From positions 191,048-255,047 of the forward strand of contig JBGAIQ010000004.1 of NCBI GenBank assembly GCA_044225365.1: a stretch of 64,000 nucleotides of DNA, written 5' to 3'. The translations under genes were made by a program, and so were the position numbers. Source of the DNA: Planctomycetota bacterium (lineage in GTDB: Bacteria > Planctomycetota > B15-G4 > JADJEK01). Shown one piece after another: positions 1-10,400 of the stretch; the stretch's first letter is position 1, and each line of letters starts with the position of its first letter. The notes under the pieces were generated by a model that was not told where the DNA came from, ran no database searches, and saw only the letters and a list, made by a program, of their open reading frames with translations.

Positions 1-793
1 CGAAGAAGAGCACGAACGGCTTGCTGCGGCGTGCCTGGTCGAACAGTTCGTGGAGCTGCTTCTCGCTGTTGCCGATCCACATGTCGAGGACGTCGGACAG
101 GCCCACCGCGAAGAAGCCCGCCTTCACCTGACCCGCCGTCGCGCGCGCGAGATGCGTCTTGCCGCAACCCGGCGGTCCGTAGAGAAGGATGCCGCCCCCC
201 GTCTTCTTGCCGTAGGCTTTGAAGAGTTCGGGATTGAGCAACGGCTGGATGACCTTGATGTCGATCTCGGCCTTGACCTCGTCCATGCCGCCGACGGCGG
301 AGAAGTCGATATCGGGTCGTTCGACCTCGATCTCGGCGTCGGCGTTCCCGTCGCTGCCGTCCGTGCCCATCGCCATCGCCTCGCCCGCCCCACCGGGATC
401 GCGGAGGAGGAGTCGCTCGAGGTCGGGGTCCTTCGCGGCGGGATCGAGTTCGACGGCTTCGCGATAGTGATGAGCCGCTCCGGTCGAATCGCCGCCGCGA
501 TACTTGATGCGTGCGAGCAAGCGATGTGCGGTCGCCGGCACGTTGCCCTTCGCGAGCACGCTCTCCAGCACGACGAGGGCGTGCGAGTCGCGTCCGAGGT
601 CCGCGTAACAGGTCGCGAGTGCCACCTTGAGATCGGCGTCGTCGGGGGTCAGCTTCAGCGCTTCACGGAATTGCTCGAGAGCCTCGTCCCTCTTCTCCTC
701 CCTCACCAGCATCTCCGCGAAATGGCGGCGCAACTGTGCGTTGCCCGGCATCGCCTTCACGGCATCGCCGAGGATTCGCAAGGTCTCGTCCAT
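1..793 (-). CDS. TPR-containing AAA+ ATPase (CDC48/SpoVK-like), runs off the window edge
   Basis: Hand translation from ATG 793: MDETLRILG... with a TPR-like N-terminus, then DFSAVGGMDEVK, Walker A GPPGCGKT, and a Walker B start (PFVLFF) at the edge. Missing from the ORF track because it has no stop in the window. Confidence 0.9.
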   Translation of the reverse strand, partial: MDETLRILGDAVKAMPGNAQLRRHFAEMLVREEKRDEALEQFREALKLTPDDADLKVALATCYADLGRDSHALVVLESVLAKGNVPATAHRLLARIKYRGGDSTGAAHHYREAVELDPAAKDPDLERLLLRDPGGAGEAMAMGTDGSDGNADAEIEVERPDIDFSAVGGMDEVKAEIDIKVIQPLLNPELFKAYGKKTGGGILLYGPPGCGKTHLARATAGQVKAGFFAVGLSDVLDMWIGNSEKQLHELFDQARRSKPFVLFF

Positions 794-885
794 GCCGCCC
801 TTTCCCCTGTCGTTGCCGTCCTTGGTGTCGTCGCTCAACGGTGAAACTCCTGTTCAGTCGCGCCCCCCGAGTATAGAACGAAGGG

Positions 886-1413
886 ATGACCAGCCCACAA
901 TCTTCGCAATCCGCGAACTTGCCCTGCACCCGCGATCTCACCCTGCGCTTCGCGGTCCTGCCCGCTGCGGTGCTGCTCGTCATCACCTGCGCGCGCAGCT
1001 ACCTCGAGATCCATCATCCCGAGCACGCCAACATGGTTTCCGCGATGACCCTGCTCATCGCGATGAATCTCGTATGGCCTGCGATCTTCCTCGCCAAGAA
1101 CGCCACGTTCGGACAGTTTCTCAAGGTGAACCTGCTCCTCATCCTGCTCGTTCGCGCGCCGATCGCGGCGATGTACGGATTGGCGTTCGCCGGGCAATGG
1201 AAGGTCGAAGGCACGGGTGAGTTCGTTCGCTACATCGTGCAGTTCACCGACGGCAAACAAGGCCCGAAGCTCGCTCTCGATACGAACCCCTTCATCATTT
1301 TCGCCGTATCGCTCTTCTTCTCGACCCTCGTCCATCTCGTCATGACCCTCGTCGCGTACGCGCTGACGTGGGCCGGAGCGTTCAAGAGCAAACGGTCGTT
1401 CATGCGGCCTTGA
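886..1413 (+). CDS. Hypothetical integral membrane protein (~4 TM)
   Basis: 175-aa ORF with several hydrophobic segments and host-like codon usage. Confidence 0.7.
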   Translation: MTSPQSSQSANLPCTRDLTLRFAVLPAAVLLVITCARSYLEIHHPEHANMVSAMTLLIAMNLVWPAIFLAKNATFGQFLKVNLLLILLVRAPIAAMYGLAFAGQWKVEGTGEFVRYIVQFTDGKQGPKLALDTNPFIIFAVSLFFSTLVHLVMTLVAYALTWAGAFKSKRSFMRP

Positions 1414-3097
1414 TGCGGCGAGCGAGCAAGGACTTCACGCGCGCAGCTTCGTCGAGCTTCATCGCATTCGCCGCCGCGAAGTAGACGAGGCCTCCGGCGA
1501 GGATCGCGCCGGAGCACACGATCGCGCGCGCGAAGGTCGAGGGCTGCGGGAACAAGTGCTCGAGCCCTAGCCTCGCGAAGTGCGCGGTGACCCCGAGCAG
1601 GAGCGAACCGATCCCAATCCGTACGAGTCCTGCGACGATGTAACCGCCGCGCAGCGGGCCGACCTTGCGACGCAGCAGCTCGAACAGGAAGAGCGCGTTG
1701 AGCGTCGCAACGAGGGCCGTCGAGAGCGCGAGGCCGCGCTCGCGCAATGTCCCGACGAGCGCCCAATTGAGGCCGAAGTTCACGGCGATCGACAGCATCG
1801 AGATGCGGGCGGGAGTCTTGGCGTCGTTCTGCGCGTAGAACGCGGGCGCCAGGATCTTGATGAGCGAATAGCCGACGAGGCCGAGCGCATAGCAGGCGAG
1901 GGTCGAAGCGGTGCTCGTTGTGTCCTCGGCGCTGAAGCGACCGCGTTCGTAGATCATCGCGATGATCGGACGACCGAGCACGATGAGGCCCACGGCCGAG
2001 GGGAGCGTCAGGAAGAGCGCGTAACGCAACGACGACGCCAGCGTGGTCCGAAACTCCCCGCTGTCGCCACGCGCGGCGGAGCGCGAGATCGACGGCAGCG
2101 TCGCCGTCGCGATCGCGACGCCGAAGACTCCGATCGGGAACTGCATGAGACGAAAGGCGTAGTTGAGATGCGAGACCGCGCCATGCGCGCCGCCCTCGTC
2201 GAGCCCCGTCGCGAAGTTGCTGTTGACGAGGATGTTCACCTGGACCGCGGCGGCGCCGATCACCGCGGGTCCGAGCAGACGCAGGACTTCCTTCAGACCG
2301 GGATCATCGAATCCGAAATCGAACCGATACCGGAGTCCCGAGCGCCTCAGCGCCGGGATCTGACACGCGAACTGCATGAACCCGCCGACGAGCACGCCGA
2401 CCGCCATCCCGAAGATGGCGTGACTCGCGCCGCCGATGTCGGTCACGATCGATTTGCCGTGGAAGATCGCGTCCGCGACCGAGGACACGTAATCCGGCGC
2501 GAAGAGATAGCTCGCGAGGAGGCCGACCACGATCGAGCCGCCATTGAAGAACGTGGAGGCCATCGCGGGGATGCCGAAGACGCCGCGTGCGTTCAACGCG
2601 CCCATCGCCACCGCGGCGAGCACCACGAGCAGGAGGAAAGGGAACATCCAGCGCGTGAGTTCGATCGTGAGCTCGCGCTGCGCGGGCTCCCACTTGTGCG
2701 CGAAGAGATTCACGAGCTGCGGCGCGAAGACGATCCCGAGCGCGCAGATGAACGCCACAGCGAGGAACAGGAAGTTGAAGACCTTGACGGACAAGTCGAG
2801 CGCCGACTGCGTCCCCTCCGTCTCGAGCTTCTGAGAGAACGTCTTCACGAACGCCGAAGAGAGCGCGCCCTCCGCGAGCAGATCCCGCAACAGATTCGGG
2901 ATGCGAAATGCGATCTGGAACGCGTCGTTCGCCTGACCCGCTCCGAAGAACGCTGCGAACACCTGCTCGCGTACGAGGCCGAGCACGCGACTCGAGAGCA
3001 CCGCGAGTCCAACGATCCCCGCGGATCGCGCGACGCCGCGCGCGCCGGCCTCGCGGTCCTTTGGCGTGTTCGTCGGAGCTCCTTCGTCTTCTTGCAT
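1400..3097 (-). CDS. murJ: Lipid II flippase MurJ (MviN)
   Basis: SRVLGLVRE, AFRIPNLLRDLLAEGALSSAF, RLMQFPIGVFG; many TM helices. Confidence 0.95.
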   Translation of the reverse strand: MQEDEGAPTNTPKDREAGARGVARSAGIVGLAVLSSRVLGLVREQVFAAFFGAGQANDAFQIAFRIPNLLRDLLAEGALSSAFVKTFSQKLETEGTQSALDLSVKVFNFLFLAVAFICALGIVFAPQLVNLFAHKWEPAQRELTIELTRWMFPFLLLVVLAAVAMGALNARGVFGIPAMASTFFNGGSIVVGLLASYLFAPDYVSSVADAIFHGKSIVTDIGGASHAIFGMAVGVLVGGFMQFACQIPALRRSGLRYRFDFGFDDPGLKEVLRLLGPAVIGAAAVQVNILVNSNFATGLDEGGAHGAVSHLNYAFRLMQFPIGVFGVAIATATLPSISRSAARGDSGEFRTTLASSLRYALFLTLPSAVGLIVLGRPIIAMIYERGRFSAEDTTSTASTLACYALGLVGYSLIKILAPAFYAQNDAKTPARISMLSIAVNFGLNWALVGTLRERGLALSTALVATLNALFLFELLRRKVGPLRGGYIVAGLVRIGIGSLLLGVTAHFARLGLEHLFPQPSTFARAIVCSGAILAGGLVYFAAANAMKLDEAARVKSLLARRIKAA

Positions 3098-3189
3098 GGC
3101 GCCGTACTCTACGAACGTCGCTTCGCGATCTCGACCTCGAGCCGCACAGAGATCGCGGCCGGTGGAGATCCGTTCGTTATGCTTCCGTC

Positions 3190-3702
3190 ATGCCTTCCTC
3201 CTCCGCCCCCTACAAGAGCTTCGCGCAGTTCCGCAAGGTCCTCCATCTGATCTACGCCGCGATGTGCTTCGGCCTCGCGACGGCGACGGGACTCTTCTAC
3301 TTCGTGTCGCGCTCGATGAGCCCGCCCGACCCGAAGCAGATGGAGAACATGAACGAGCGCGCACTGCTGATCGCCGCGTCGGTGGTCTCGGTGGCGGCCG
3401 TGGGAATCGCCGCATTCCTGCCCATGCTCGCGACGAATCGAGTGCCGGACTCGCAGTTCGCCTTGAAGATCCGCAGCGTGCTCTACTCGAAGATCCTCTT
3501 CGTCGCGGCCTTCGAAGGCGGCGGCCTGCTGTGGGCCATCCTCGGCGTGCTCTTCCGCGACGAACGTTATTTCCTGGGTCCGATCGTGGCGCTCGCGATC
3601 CTCATCGTCTTCTTCCCGAACACGGCGCGACTCGAAGCGGCTCTCGGCGTCGACGAAGCGACGGCGGATCGGCGTCTCTTGGAGATGGGAGCTGGCGGAT
3701 GA
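3190..3702 (+). CDS. Hypothetical membrane protein (4 TM)
   Basis: ATG 3190 (MPSSSAPYKSF...), hydrophobic segments, ATGA overlap with the next gene. Confidence 0.7.
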   Translation: MPSSSAPYKSFAQFRKVLHLIYAAMCFGLATATGLFYFVSRSMSPPDPKQMENMNERALLIAASVVSVAAVGIAAFLPMLATNRVPDSQFALKIRSVLYSKILFVAAFEGGGLLWAILGVLFRDERYFLGPIVALAILIVFFPNTARLEAALGVDEATADRRLLEMGAGG

Positions 3703-5060
3703 TCCGGATCCTGCGCACCGTTCTCGGACTCCTTCTGCTCGCGACGGTCGTCGTCGCGTGTCGCCCCGTCGTCACCGTGAAGATGCGCACCAAGGTTGCG
3801 ACGGGCGGCGCAACCACTCGCGAAACGGAACTCCGGCGCACCGTCGACTCGGACAACAAGTCCGATCCGAGCCGGACCAAGCCGCTGCGCGAGTTCTTCC
3901 CGACGGCGTTCGGCGAAGGCTTCCCGAAACGTAGCGAGGACGCGAACGCCATCTCGCTCGCGGGCTCGTTTCCGAATCCCGAGGCGATCCCCGCCGACTT
4001 CGAGCGGGCCGTCGACCTCGTGAACAACAGCTCGCGCAACAAGATCTCGTTCAAGACCGAGGACATCCTGTTCGGCACGCGATACCTCTATCGCGAGCGC
4101 TTCGCCGACGCGATCGAGCCCGAGGACCTGGCCAAGGCGCGCGACGAACTCATCGATCAATGCATCCGGTTCGTGCGCGCCGCAGCGCGGTACGAGTTCG
4201 GTCGCGATTTCGATACCGCCGCATTCGAGACCTGGGTGAAAAGCGATCTGCGCAAGCTCCTCGTCGACCTGATGGAGATCTACTACTCCGAGCGACGCAA
4301 CTTCGGGAAGAAGGATCCGCATACCGGCGAAGATGGATTCGACCGCGCGTGGAAGCGCGTTCGCGCCCGTCTCGAACACTCCGGCCTCGCGCTCGACGCG
4401 GACATGGACGCTCCGCTCAATCGTCTCCTCATCGAGAGCTGGATCTCGGATCAACTCGCACTCCAACTCGTGCGCCGCGGCGCGACGAAGCACCCGAAGA
4501 TCGAGGAGTTCAAGTACCTGTTCCCCGAGAAGGAGCCGTGGTCCGGACTCGAGCGCGTGATGGAGAAGACGGCGGAGCAGGAATACGGCTCGCTCGAAGC
4601 CGCGCAGAAGGCGTTCGAGCGTTCGTTGCTCGCCGTGACCGGGACGTTCGGCTCCGCCGACTTCGACTACCGCTTCGACTGCGCCGTCGAGATGCCCGGA
4701 TTCCTGCTGAGGACCAACGGCAACATCGAATCGACGACGAGCGCGTTCTGGCTCTTCGAAGGCGAAGACATGTTTCCAAACGGCGTGTCGCTCGAACTCG
4801 AGTCCGCCGTGATGGAGACCGACCTCTGCGCTCGCATCAAGGAACTGAAGGCTTCTCTCGAACCCCGCGACGCCGTGTGGCTGATCTCGCACCTCGAGGG
4901 GACCGACGCGCCGTCGCGAGCCGAGATGAAGAAGGCACTCACCGAATGCGCGCGCTACGGATCGCTCGCCTGGTTCGACGATCCGGCGCTGCCCGATCCG
5001 CAGGATCGCGCGACCCTCAAAGGCAAACTCGAACCGATCCTCGCCGGATTGCGGCGCTGA
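3699..5060 (+). CDS. Hypothetical lipoprotein
   Basis: MIRILRTVLGLLLLATVVVAC lipobox; translationally coupled to the upstream gene. Confidence 0.7.
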   Translation: MIRILRTVLGLLLLATVVVACRPVVTVKMRTKVATGGATTRETELRRTVDSDNKSDPSRTKPLREFFPTAFGEGFPKRSEDANAISLAGSFPNPEAIPADFERAVDLVNNSSRNKISFKTEDILFGTRYLYRERFADAIEPEDLAKARDELIDQCIRFVRAAARYEFGRDFDTAAFETWVKSDLRKLLVDLMEIYYSERRNFGKKDPHTGEDGFDRAWKRVRARLEHSGLALDADMDAPLNRLLIESWISDQLALQLVRRGATKHPKIEEFKYLFPEKEPWSGLERVMEKTAEQEYGSLEAAQKAFERSLLAVTGTFGSADFDYRFDCAVEMPGFLLRTNGNIESTTSAFWLFEGEDMFPNGVSLELESAVMETDLCARIKELKASLEPRDAVWLISHLEGTDAPSRAEMKKALTECARYGSLAWFDDPALPDPQDRATLKGKLEPILAGLRR

Positions 5061-5075
5061 CGCCTAGCAGTGCCG

Positions 5076-5603
5076 TCAATCGGCATCATCCGCGGAATCG
5101 AGAGGGCTCGCGCGGAAGAAGTTGAAGACGTCGTTCTCGGTGCGCGCCGCGAGGAGATGCGGCAACGTCGCACTGCGCAGGAAGAGCTCGCCCGCTTCAC
5201 GGTAGATCTTGAGGTAGAGCCGGTCGTCCCATGGCGGCGCGACGAGCACGAGGAAGATGTGGACGAGTTCGCCGTCGGGCGCGCCGTAAGCGAGGCCCGG
5301 CAACGAACGCAGGAGCGCGATCGTCGGCTCCTTCACGTTCATCGTCCGCACGTGGGGAATCGCGAGGCCGCCGCCGACGGCCATCGTCGCCTTCTTCTCG
5401 CGGTCGTAGAGATCCTTGAACAATCGGGTCGCGTTCCCGACGCGCCCCGTCTCGTCGAGGAACTGCGCGATCTCTTCGAGTACGCGCTCCTTCAATACGC
5501 GAGTCGCACGCGGGCCAAGCTCCTCGAGCTCGTCCTGCGTGAGCGGCTCGGTGTGCATCGCGAGCCGAATGCGGTCGTTTCGAAGATGCCGCGCGATGAG
5601 CAT
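5076..5603 (-). CDS. PTS EIIA domain protein (PtsN/fructose-mannitol type)
   Basis: DREKKATMAVGGGLAIPHVR with the phospho-His; DGELVHIFLVLVAP. Confidence 0.85.
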   Translation of the reverse strand: MLIARHLRNDRIRLAMHTEPLTQDELEELGPRATRVLKERVLEEIAQFLDETGRVGNATRLFKDLYDREKKATMAVGGGLAIPHVRTMNVKEPTIALLRSLPGLAYGAPDGELVHIFLVLVAPPWDDRLYLKIYREAGELFLRSATLPHLLAARTENDVFNFFRASPLDSADDAD

Positions 5604-5670
5604 GGCCCGTTTCCGACGGCCAGGGTTCGGATCGCAGAGGATACCCGCCGGCGCGCGCCCGCGCGCCTCC

Positions 5671-6156
5671 CTACAGCACGAGCTCCATGTAGACGTCCGC
5701 GGTCACGTACGGAACGTCCTTCGGAACCGGGCCGCGGACGAACCCCAAACGCTCGTACAAACCGAGAGCCGCCTTCAACTTCGTCGACGAGACGAGGATC
5801 ACTCTTCGCGCGCCGTGAGCCCTCGCCCAGTCGATCGCCCGCATCGTCAATGCCCTGCCGATCCCCCCACCGCGGGCTTTGGAATCGACCGCCAGCTTCA
5901 CGAGTTCGAAGCTCGTCGAATCGTGCGGCTTCACCCCGCACACGCCGACGATGCGCCCATTCGAACGGGCGACGAAGATCTCACCGCCCTCGTCGAGGAT
6001 CGTCTGCCGGGGGCGTTCGAGATGTGGGAGATCGCCGTCCTCCAACAGATCGTGCTGCACGAGCCAGTCGCGATTGAGACGCGCGAAATCCGGGGCGTCG
6101 TCGTCGCGGAACGAGGCGATCTCGAATGCACTCGACGGAGCGTGCTCGGCTTCCAT
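5671..6156 (-). CDS. GNAT family N-acetyltransferase
   Basis: ELVKLAVDSKARGGGIGRAL (motif A) and ALGLYERLGF; start overlaps the stop of the RlmI-like gene. Confidence 0.9.
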   Translation of the reverse strand: MEAEHAPSSAFEIASFRDDDAPDFARLNRDWLVQHDLLEDGDLPHLERPRQTILDEGGEIFVARSNGRIVGVCGVKPHDSTSFELVKLAVDSKARGGGIGRALTMRAIDWARAHGARRVILVSSTKLKAALGLYERLGFVRGPVPKDVPYVTADVYMELVL

Positions 6157-7538
6157 CACAGGCGCGCCCATACGGCTTTGAGATACTGCGTCTCGGGCAC
6201 GTACGGACTCACGGGATGATCGGGCGCGGCGCCGGTCTTCGCGAGGATCTGGATCGGTCGCGCGGCGTGTCTCGGACGACCCGTCGCCGTCTTCTCCGGA
6301 AGTTCCTCGCCCGCCTGCCGCGAGGCCTGGAACACGAGCTTCGTGAACTCTTCTTCCGGCATCAGTCCCGAGCACGAGCACGTAAGGAACAGTCCGCCCG
6401 GTTTCACGAGCTGCATGGCGAGGCGGTTGAGGTCGAAGTACTTCTTGCGGCCCTCGTCCACTTCGAGGCGATTGTGGATGAGCTTCGGTGGATCGAGGAC
6501 GACCACATCGAAGCGATGGCCGTGGAGCAAGCGATCGCGCATGTACGTGAACGCGTCGGCCTGCACGAAGTTGATGCGGACCTGGTTCAGGTTCGCGTTC
6601 TCACGCGCGAGCAGGAGTGGCTCCTCGTCGAGATCGACTCCCGTGACTTCGCTTGCGCCGCCGAGCTTCTTCGCCTGTATCGAGAACCCGCCCGAGTAGC
6701 AGCACAGATCGAGGACGGTCTTGTCCTTCACGAACGACGCGAGCATCTTGCGATTGTCGCGTTGATCGCAGAAGAAGCCCGTCTTGTGCCCTCCTTCGAA
6801 CCGAATGCGGAACCGAGAGCCGTGCTCCTCGATCGTGATCTTCTGCGGCGCGGAGTCGGATTGCACGACGGGGACTTCGTAGCCCTCCTGCGCGAGGAAG
6901 TGCGGGCTCGGCTTCACGATCGTGTGCTTCGTACCCAGATCTCGCGCGAGGCGATCGAGGAACGCAGAAGCGCGCAGGTACATTCCGAGGCTGAACGCCT
7001 CGGCGGAGAGGACGTCGCCGTAGCGATCGATCACGAGTCCCGAGAACCCATCGGCTTCGGCATGAACGACGCGATAAGCTGTCGTGACGGAATCGAGGCG
7101 CAGGACGTCGCGTCGCAGTTCTGCGGCACGCGAGAGGAGACCGCCGAAGAACTCGGCGTCGGGAGGAGCTTCGCCGTGGCGCACGATGCGCACCAGGATC
7201 TCGCTCTTCGGATTGAAGAAGCCGAAGCCGAGCAGCTTGTCGGGAGCGCCCTTGCTCGGCACGACCGGCGCGGAATCGTCGGCCTCGTCGGTCCGTTCGG
7301 GCTTGTCGTTGTAGACAGGCGATGGCGCGTAGATCGCGACGAGATCGCCCGGCCTAGTCGCCGAATCGACCTTGGCGATGCGCTTGCGATAGAGCAGCGG
7401 GTACGCGGTCCACGCCTTCAACTCGACCTCGGGCGGCGCGCCGCGCAGATCGATGTCGAGCGATCGTTGCGCGAAGCGCGAAGTTGCCGAAGTCGCCTCC
7501 TCGCGGGGGCGTCGCTTGCCTCCGTCGTCGTTCGTCAA
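6156..7538 (-). CDS. rlmI: Class I SAM-dependent rRNA methyltransferase (RlmI/YccW family)
   Basis: HAEADGFSGLVIDRYG, GHKTGFFCDQRDNR, VLDLCCYSGGF, VVLDPPK, TCSCSG, ETQYLK; TTG start overlapping the upstream stop. Confidence 0.85.
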   Translation of the reverse strand: MTNDDGGKRRPREEATSATSRFAQRSLDIDLRGAPPEVELKAWTAYPLLYRKRIAKVDSATRPGDLVAIYAPSPVYNDKPERTDEADDSAPVVPSKGAPDKLLGFGFFNPKSEILVRIVRHGEAPPDAEFFGGLLSRAAELRRDVLRLDSVTTAYRVVHAEADGFSGLVIDRYGDVLSAEAFSLGMYLRASAFLDRLARDLGTKHTIVKPSPHFLAQEGYEVPVVQSDSAPQKITIEEHGSRFRIRFEGGHKTGFFCDQRDNRKMLASFVKDKTVLDLCCYSGGFSIQAKKLGGASEVTGVDLDEEPLLLARENANLNQVRINFVQADAFTYMRDRLLHGHRFDVVVLDPPKLIHNRLEVDEGRKKYFDLNRLAMQLVKPGGLFLTCSCSGLMPEEEFTKLVFQASRQAGEELPEKTATGRPRHAARPIQILAKTGAAPDHPVSPYVPETQYLKAVWARL

Positions 7539-8326
7539 TTCCCGGCTCCCGTGGGAGCTGCAGCCGGCGGAAGGTTGAACGTCCTCGGATCGACGCCCGT
7601 GTTCCACGCGAGCGAGTCGATGCGGAGTTCCTCCATCAGCTTGTTGCCGTCGTAGCTCTTCCAGACGAACGGCACGCGGCCCGCGCGCGGATCGTCGCGA
7701 TAGTCGTCGAAATAGGTGTCGATCGCGCGATCCTTGCCATCGGCGAATGGGATGAAGGTCTGCATCAGCCGGGGCTCGAGCGACGTTCCGTCGAGCATCA
7801 GGTAGCACGGTCGACCTTTGACGTTGACCTTCGACAGACGGATCCACGTCTCGCCCTTCGGGCCGCGCGTGTTCTCCTTGAGCTCCGTCGCTCCGCCCGA
7901 GCCGGTTCGGAAGTAGTGGAGTACGAACAATCGATTCATGAAGTGCGCGATCCCCGTGTCGTCGAGAGGCACGTCGGCTCGCGAGACCTTGCCGTCGGTG
8001 TACTCCACGCAGCGGGTCCCATCGGAGACGAGCTTCTTGCCCTTCAACGGCCCGCCCGTCACCTCGATCGAGAACGAGCCGGGGCGCTTCCACTTCACGA
8101 CGTAGCGCGCGTCGATGGGATCGATGTCGTAGTTGAGGCGGATCGTGGCGAAGACCGTGAGGTCGTCCGCCTGCTCCATCGGATCGATCTTGCTCTTCGC
8201 CTTCTCGAGCGCCTGATTCAGCACCTCGGACGCGGTGTACGGACCCTGCCAACCCTTCGGCGGGTCGTAGTACGTGGTGCATGCGGCGAGCATGAGGATC
8301 GCGACAAGACTGCTGAAACGGCGCAT
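7535..8326 (-). CDS. Lipoprotein, possibly LolA-like fold
   Basis: GGAGG SD, MRRFSSLVAILMLAAC lipobox; C-terminal WNTGVDPRTF resembles LolA-like proteins. Confidence 0.6.
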   Translation of the reverse strand: MRRFSSLVAILMLAACTTYYDPPKGWQGPYTASEVLNQALEKAKSKIDPMEQADDLTVFATIRLNYDIDPIDARYVVKWKRPGSFSIEVTGGPLKGKKLVSDGTRCVEYTDGKVSRADVPLDDTGIAHFMNRLFVLHYFRTGSGGATELKENTRGPKGETWIRLSKVNVKGRPCYLMLDGTSLEPRLMQTFIPFADGKDRAIDTYFDDYRDDPRAGRVPFVWKSYDGNKLMEELRIDSLAWNTGVDPRTFNLPPAAAPTGAGN

Positions 8327-8423
8327 CAATCGACCTCCGACGACGGACCCGGAACAAGCTACCAAGCGCAAAGCGATTGGACGACGGTTGCCGCTTCGAC
8401 TCCACATCCGCATCATGAGGGCC

Positions 8424-10373
8424 ATGACTCACGCCTCGAAGAACCCGCGTCCGTTCGCTCCTACCGCATTCGCCCTGCTGATCACGACGGCCTCCCTCGC
8501 GAGCTCGGCGCGAGCGCAAGACGACTCCGCCGTCGAAGTCGCCATCGACGGGCGCTTCGAGGACTGGGCGGGAAAGAACGCCGTCGCCCTCGCCTCGGGC
8601 ACCTATCTCTACGTGCATTTCCACGTTCCCAGCGAGTACACGCTGCAGGCGGGCACGCAGTCCACCTACCTCGACCTCGACCTCGACGGCAAGGCGACGA
8701 CGGGAAAGACGATGGGCGAAGGCGCGGGCGCGCTCGGAGTCGATCTCGAGATCGTGTTCAATCCACCCTCGGAGCGCGATCCCAAGAACTCGAAATCGAT
8801 TCGCGGCGGCCTCGAGATCCGCAACTACGAGGACAACGGATTGTTCGACCGCGTCGGACATTCCACGATCGACCTCAGCTTCGCGCCGACGATCGCATCG
8901 AGCGAGTACGAGCTGCGGATCGGCCGCGTCCAGTCGCTGAAGGAGCCCGCGGGTTCGCGGTTCCGCTCGTCGAGCAAAGTACGCGGAGCGATCCGGATCG
9001 AGGGCGGCACCGCGAGCGCGCCGACGAAGGTGTTCACGAGCGACGTCTTCGAGGCGACGCTGCCACCGCTCGGCAAACGCGCTCGTTTCTCCGGAGCGAT
9101 CCCGAAGAAGCCCGCCGGCAGCCTGCGGCTCGTCTCGTGGAACGTCGAGAAGGAGGGTCCGGATCACGATCCGAAGCCGTTCGCGAACATCCTGCACGAA
9201 TTGGATCCCGACGTCATCCATCTGCAGGAGTGGAAGGCGAGCGACGAGGATCTCGTCGCGTGGTTCTCGGCGAACTATCCCTCGAAGGAACCGTGGCGCG
9301 CGCACACCTACAAGGATCTCGATTCGTCGATCGTCACGCGTCTGCCGCTCACCGCGATCGAAGGTGATCGATTGATGCCGAGTCACAAGGTCGACGGCAA
9401 GGCCGCGCAGACGGTGCGTTTCGTGGCAGCGCGCATCGAGTCGCCTCTCGGCCCGCTCCTCGCGGGGTCGATGCATCTCAAGTGCTGCGGCGGAAAGGAC
9501 ACGTACGAGGATCGCCTGCGCATCGCGCAGACGGAAGCGATCCGCGACTTCGCGCACCACGTGCTCGCGAACGACTCCTCGCTCATCCCGTTGTTCTCGG
9601 GTGACCTCAATCTCGTGGGCACCGGGGAGCCGCTTCTGAACCTCGGGAAGGGACTCGACACCGACGGCAGCGACCTTGCGATCGCGAACGCGAGCGTCCT
9701 CGGTGAACCGTCGAACTACACGTGGTCCGACTCCGAATCGCCATTCAGCCCGGGCCGCCTCGATTACGCGCTCTTTGGCGACAATGTGCTCGAAGTCGCG
9801 CAGAGCTTCGTCTTCGACGGCGACCGCATCGATCCCGCGACCCTGAAGGCGGTAGGACTCGAGCCGAAGGATTTCAGGGCGAGCGACCATCGGCCGCTGG
9901 TCGTCGATTTGAAGAAGAAGACTCCCGTCGTGAAGGCACCGATCCCCGACTTGAAACCGATCACCGGCGGCGAGTTGCTCTCGCTCGCCACGGACGGCAC
10001 GGCGGACGTCACGATCGTGAACCTGTGGGCGACGTGGTGCGTTCCGTGCGTGAAGGAACTCCCCGACCTGCTGCGCGCCGCGAGCGAGAAGGGGCCGAAG
10101 GTGCGCTTGATCCTCGTTTCCTGCGACGGCAAGAACGACTTGGAGAAGGCGAAGCAACTCCTCGGTCGCCTCGGCGTCGAATTCCAGACCTATGCGAAAT
10201 CAGGTTCCGACGCGGAGTTCATCGACGCACTCGACAGGGAATGGGAAGGCACCCTTCCTGTCACCCTCGTCTACGATCGCTCCGGCAAGAAGCGGCTCAC
10301 GCATCAGGGTCAGGCTTCGTACGAGGAGTTCGCGCGCCTCGCCTCGCTCGAAGACGAGGCGAAGAACCGGTAA
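8424..10373 (+). CDS. Secreted endonuclease/exonuclease/phosphatase (EEP) fused to a C-terminal TlpA-like thioredoxin
   Basis: Signal peptide (ARA-Q); EEP motifs SWNV, LQE, GDLN, RLDY, SDHRP; C-terminal NLWATWCVPCVKELP. Confidence 0.85.
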   Translation: MTHASKNPRPFAPTAFALLITTASLASSARAQDDSAVEVAIDGRFEDWAGKNAVALASGTYLYVHFHVPSEYTLQAGTQSTYLDLDLDGKATTGKTMGEGAGALGVDLEIVFNPPSERDPKNSKSIRGGLEIRNYEDNGLFDRVGHSTIDLSFAPTIASSEYELRIGRVQSLKEPAGSRFRSSSKVRGAIRIEGGTASAPTKVFTSDVFEATLPPLGKRARFSGAIPKKPAGSLRLVSWNVEKEGPDHDPKPFANILHELDPDVIHLQEWKASDEDLVAWFSANYPSKEPWRAHTYKDLDSSIVTRLPLTAIEGDRLMPSHKVDGKAAQTVRFVAARIESPLGPLLAGSMHLKCCGGKDTYEDRLRIAQTEAIRDFAHHVLANDSSLIPLFSGDLNLVGTGEPLLNLGKGLDTDGSDLAIANASVLGEPSNYTWSDSESPFSPGRLDYALFGDNVLEVAQSFVFDGDRIDPATLKAVGLEPKDFRASDHRPLVVDLKKKTPVVKAPIPDLKPITGGELLSLATDGTADVTIVNLWATWCVPCVKELPDLLRAASEKGPKVRLILVSCDGKNDLEKAKQLLGRLGVEFQTYAKSGSDAEFIDALDREWEGTLPVTLVYDRSGKKRLTHQGQASYEEFARLASLEDEAKNR

Positions 10374-10400
10374 GCTCGTCCAACCTGGAGGTATGAAGTC

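Noticed and set aside
50-844. Plus-strand 264-aa ORF, and similar long antisense ORFs (1580..3250, 15389..16741, 19213..21213, 41840..43504, 51423..53687)
   Set aside because: Shadow frames of recognisable genes on the opposite strand, with no motifs of their own.
7539-10157. 1333-aa ORF 6156..10157 as one giant protein
   Set aside because: Only the last ~460 aa match RlmI. The rest is antisense to the EEP gene or overlaps the lipoprotein in another frame, a GC-rich open-frame artefact.
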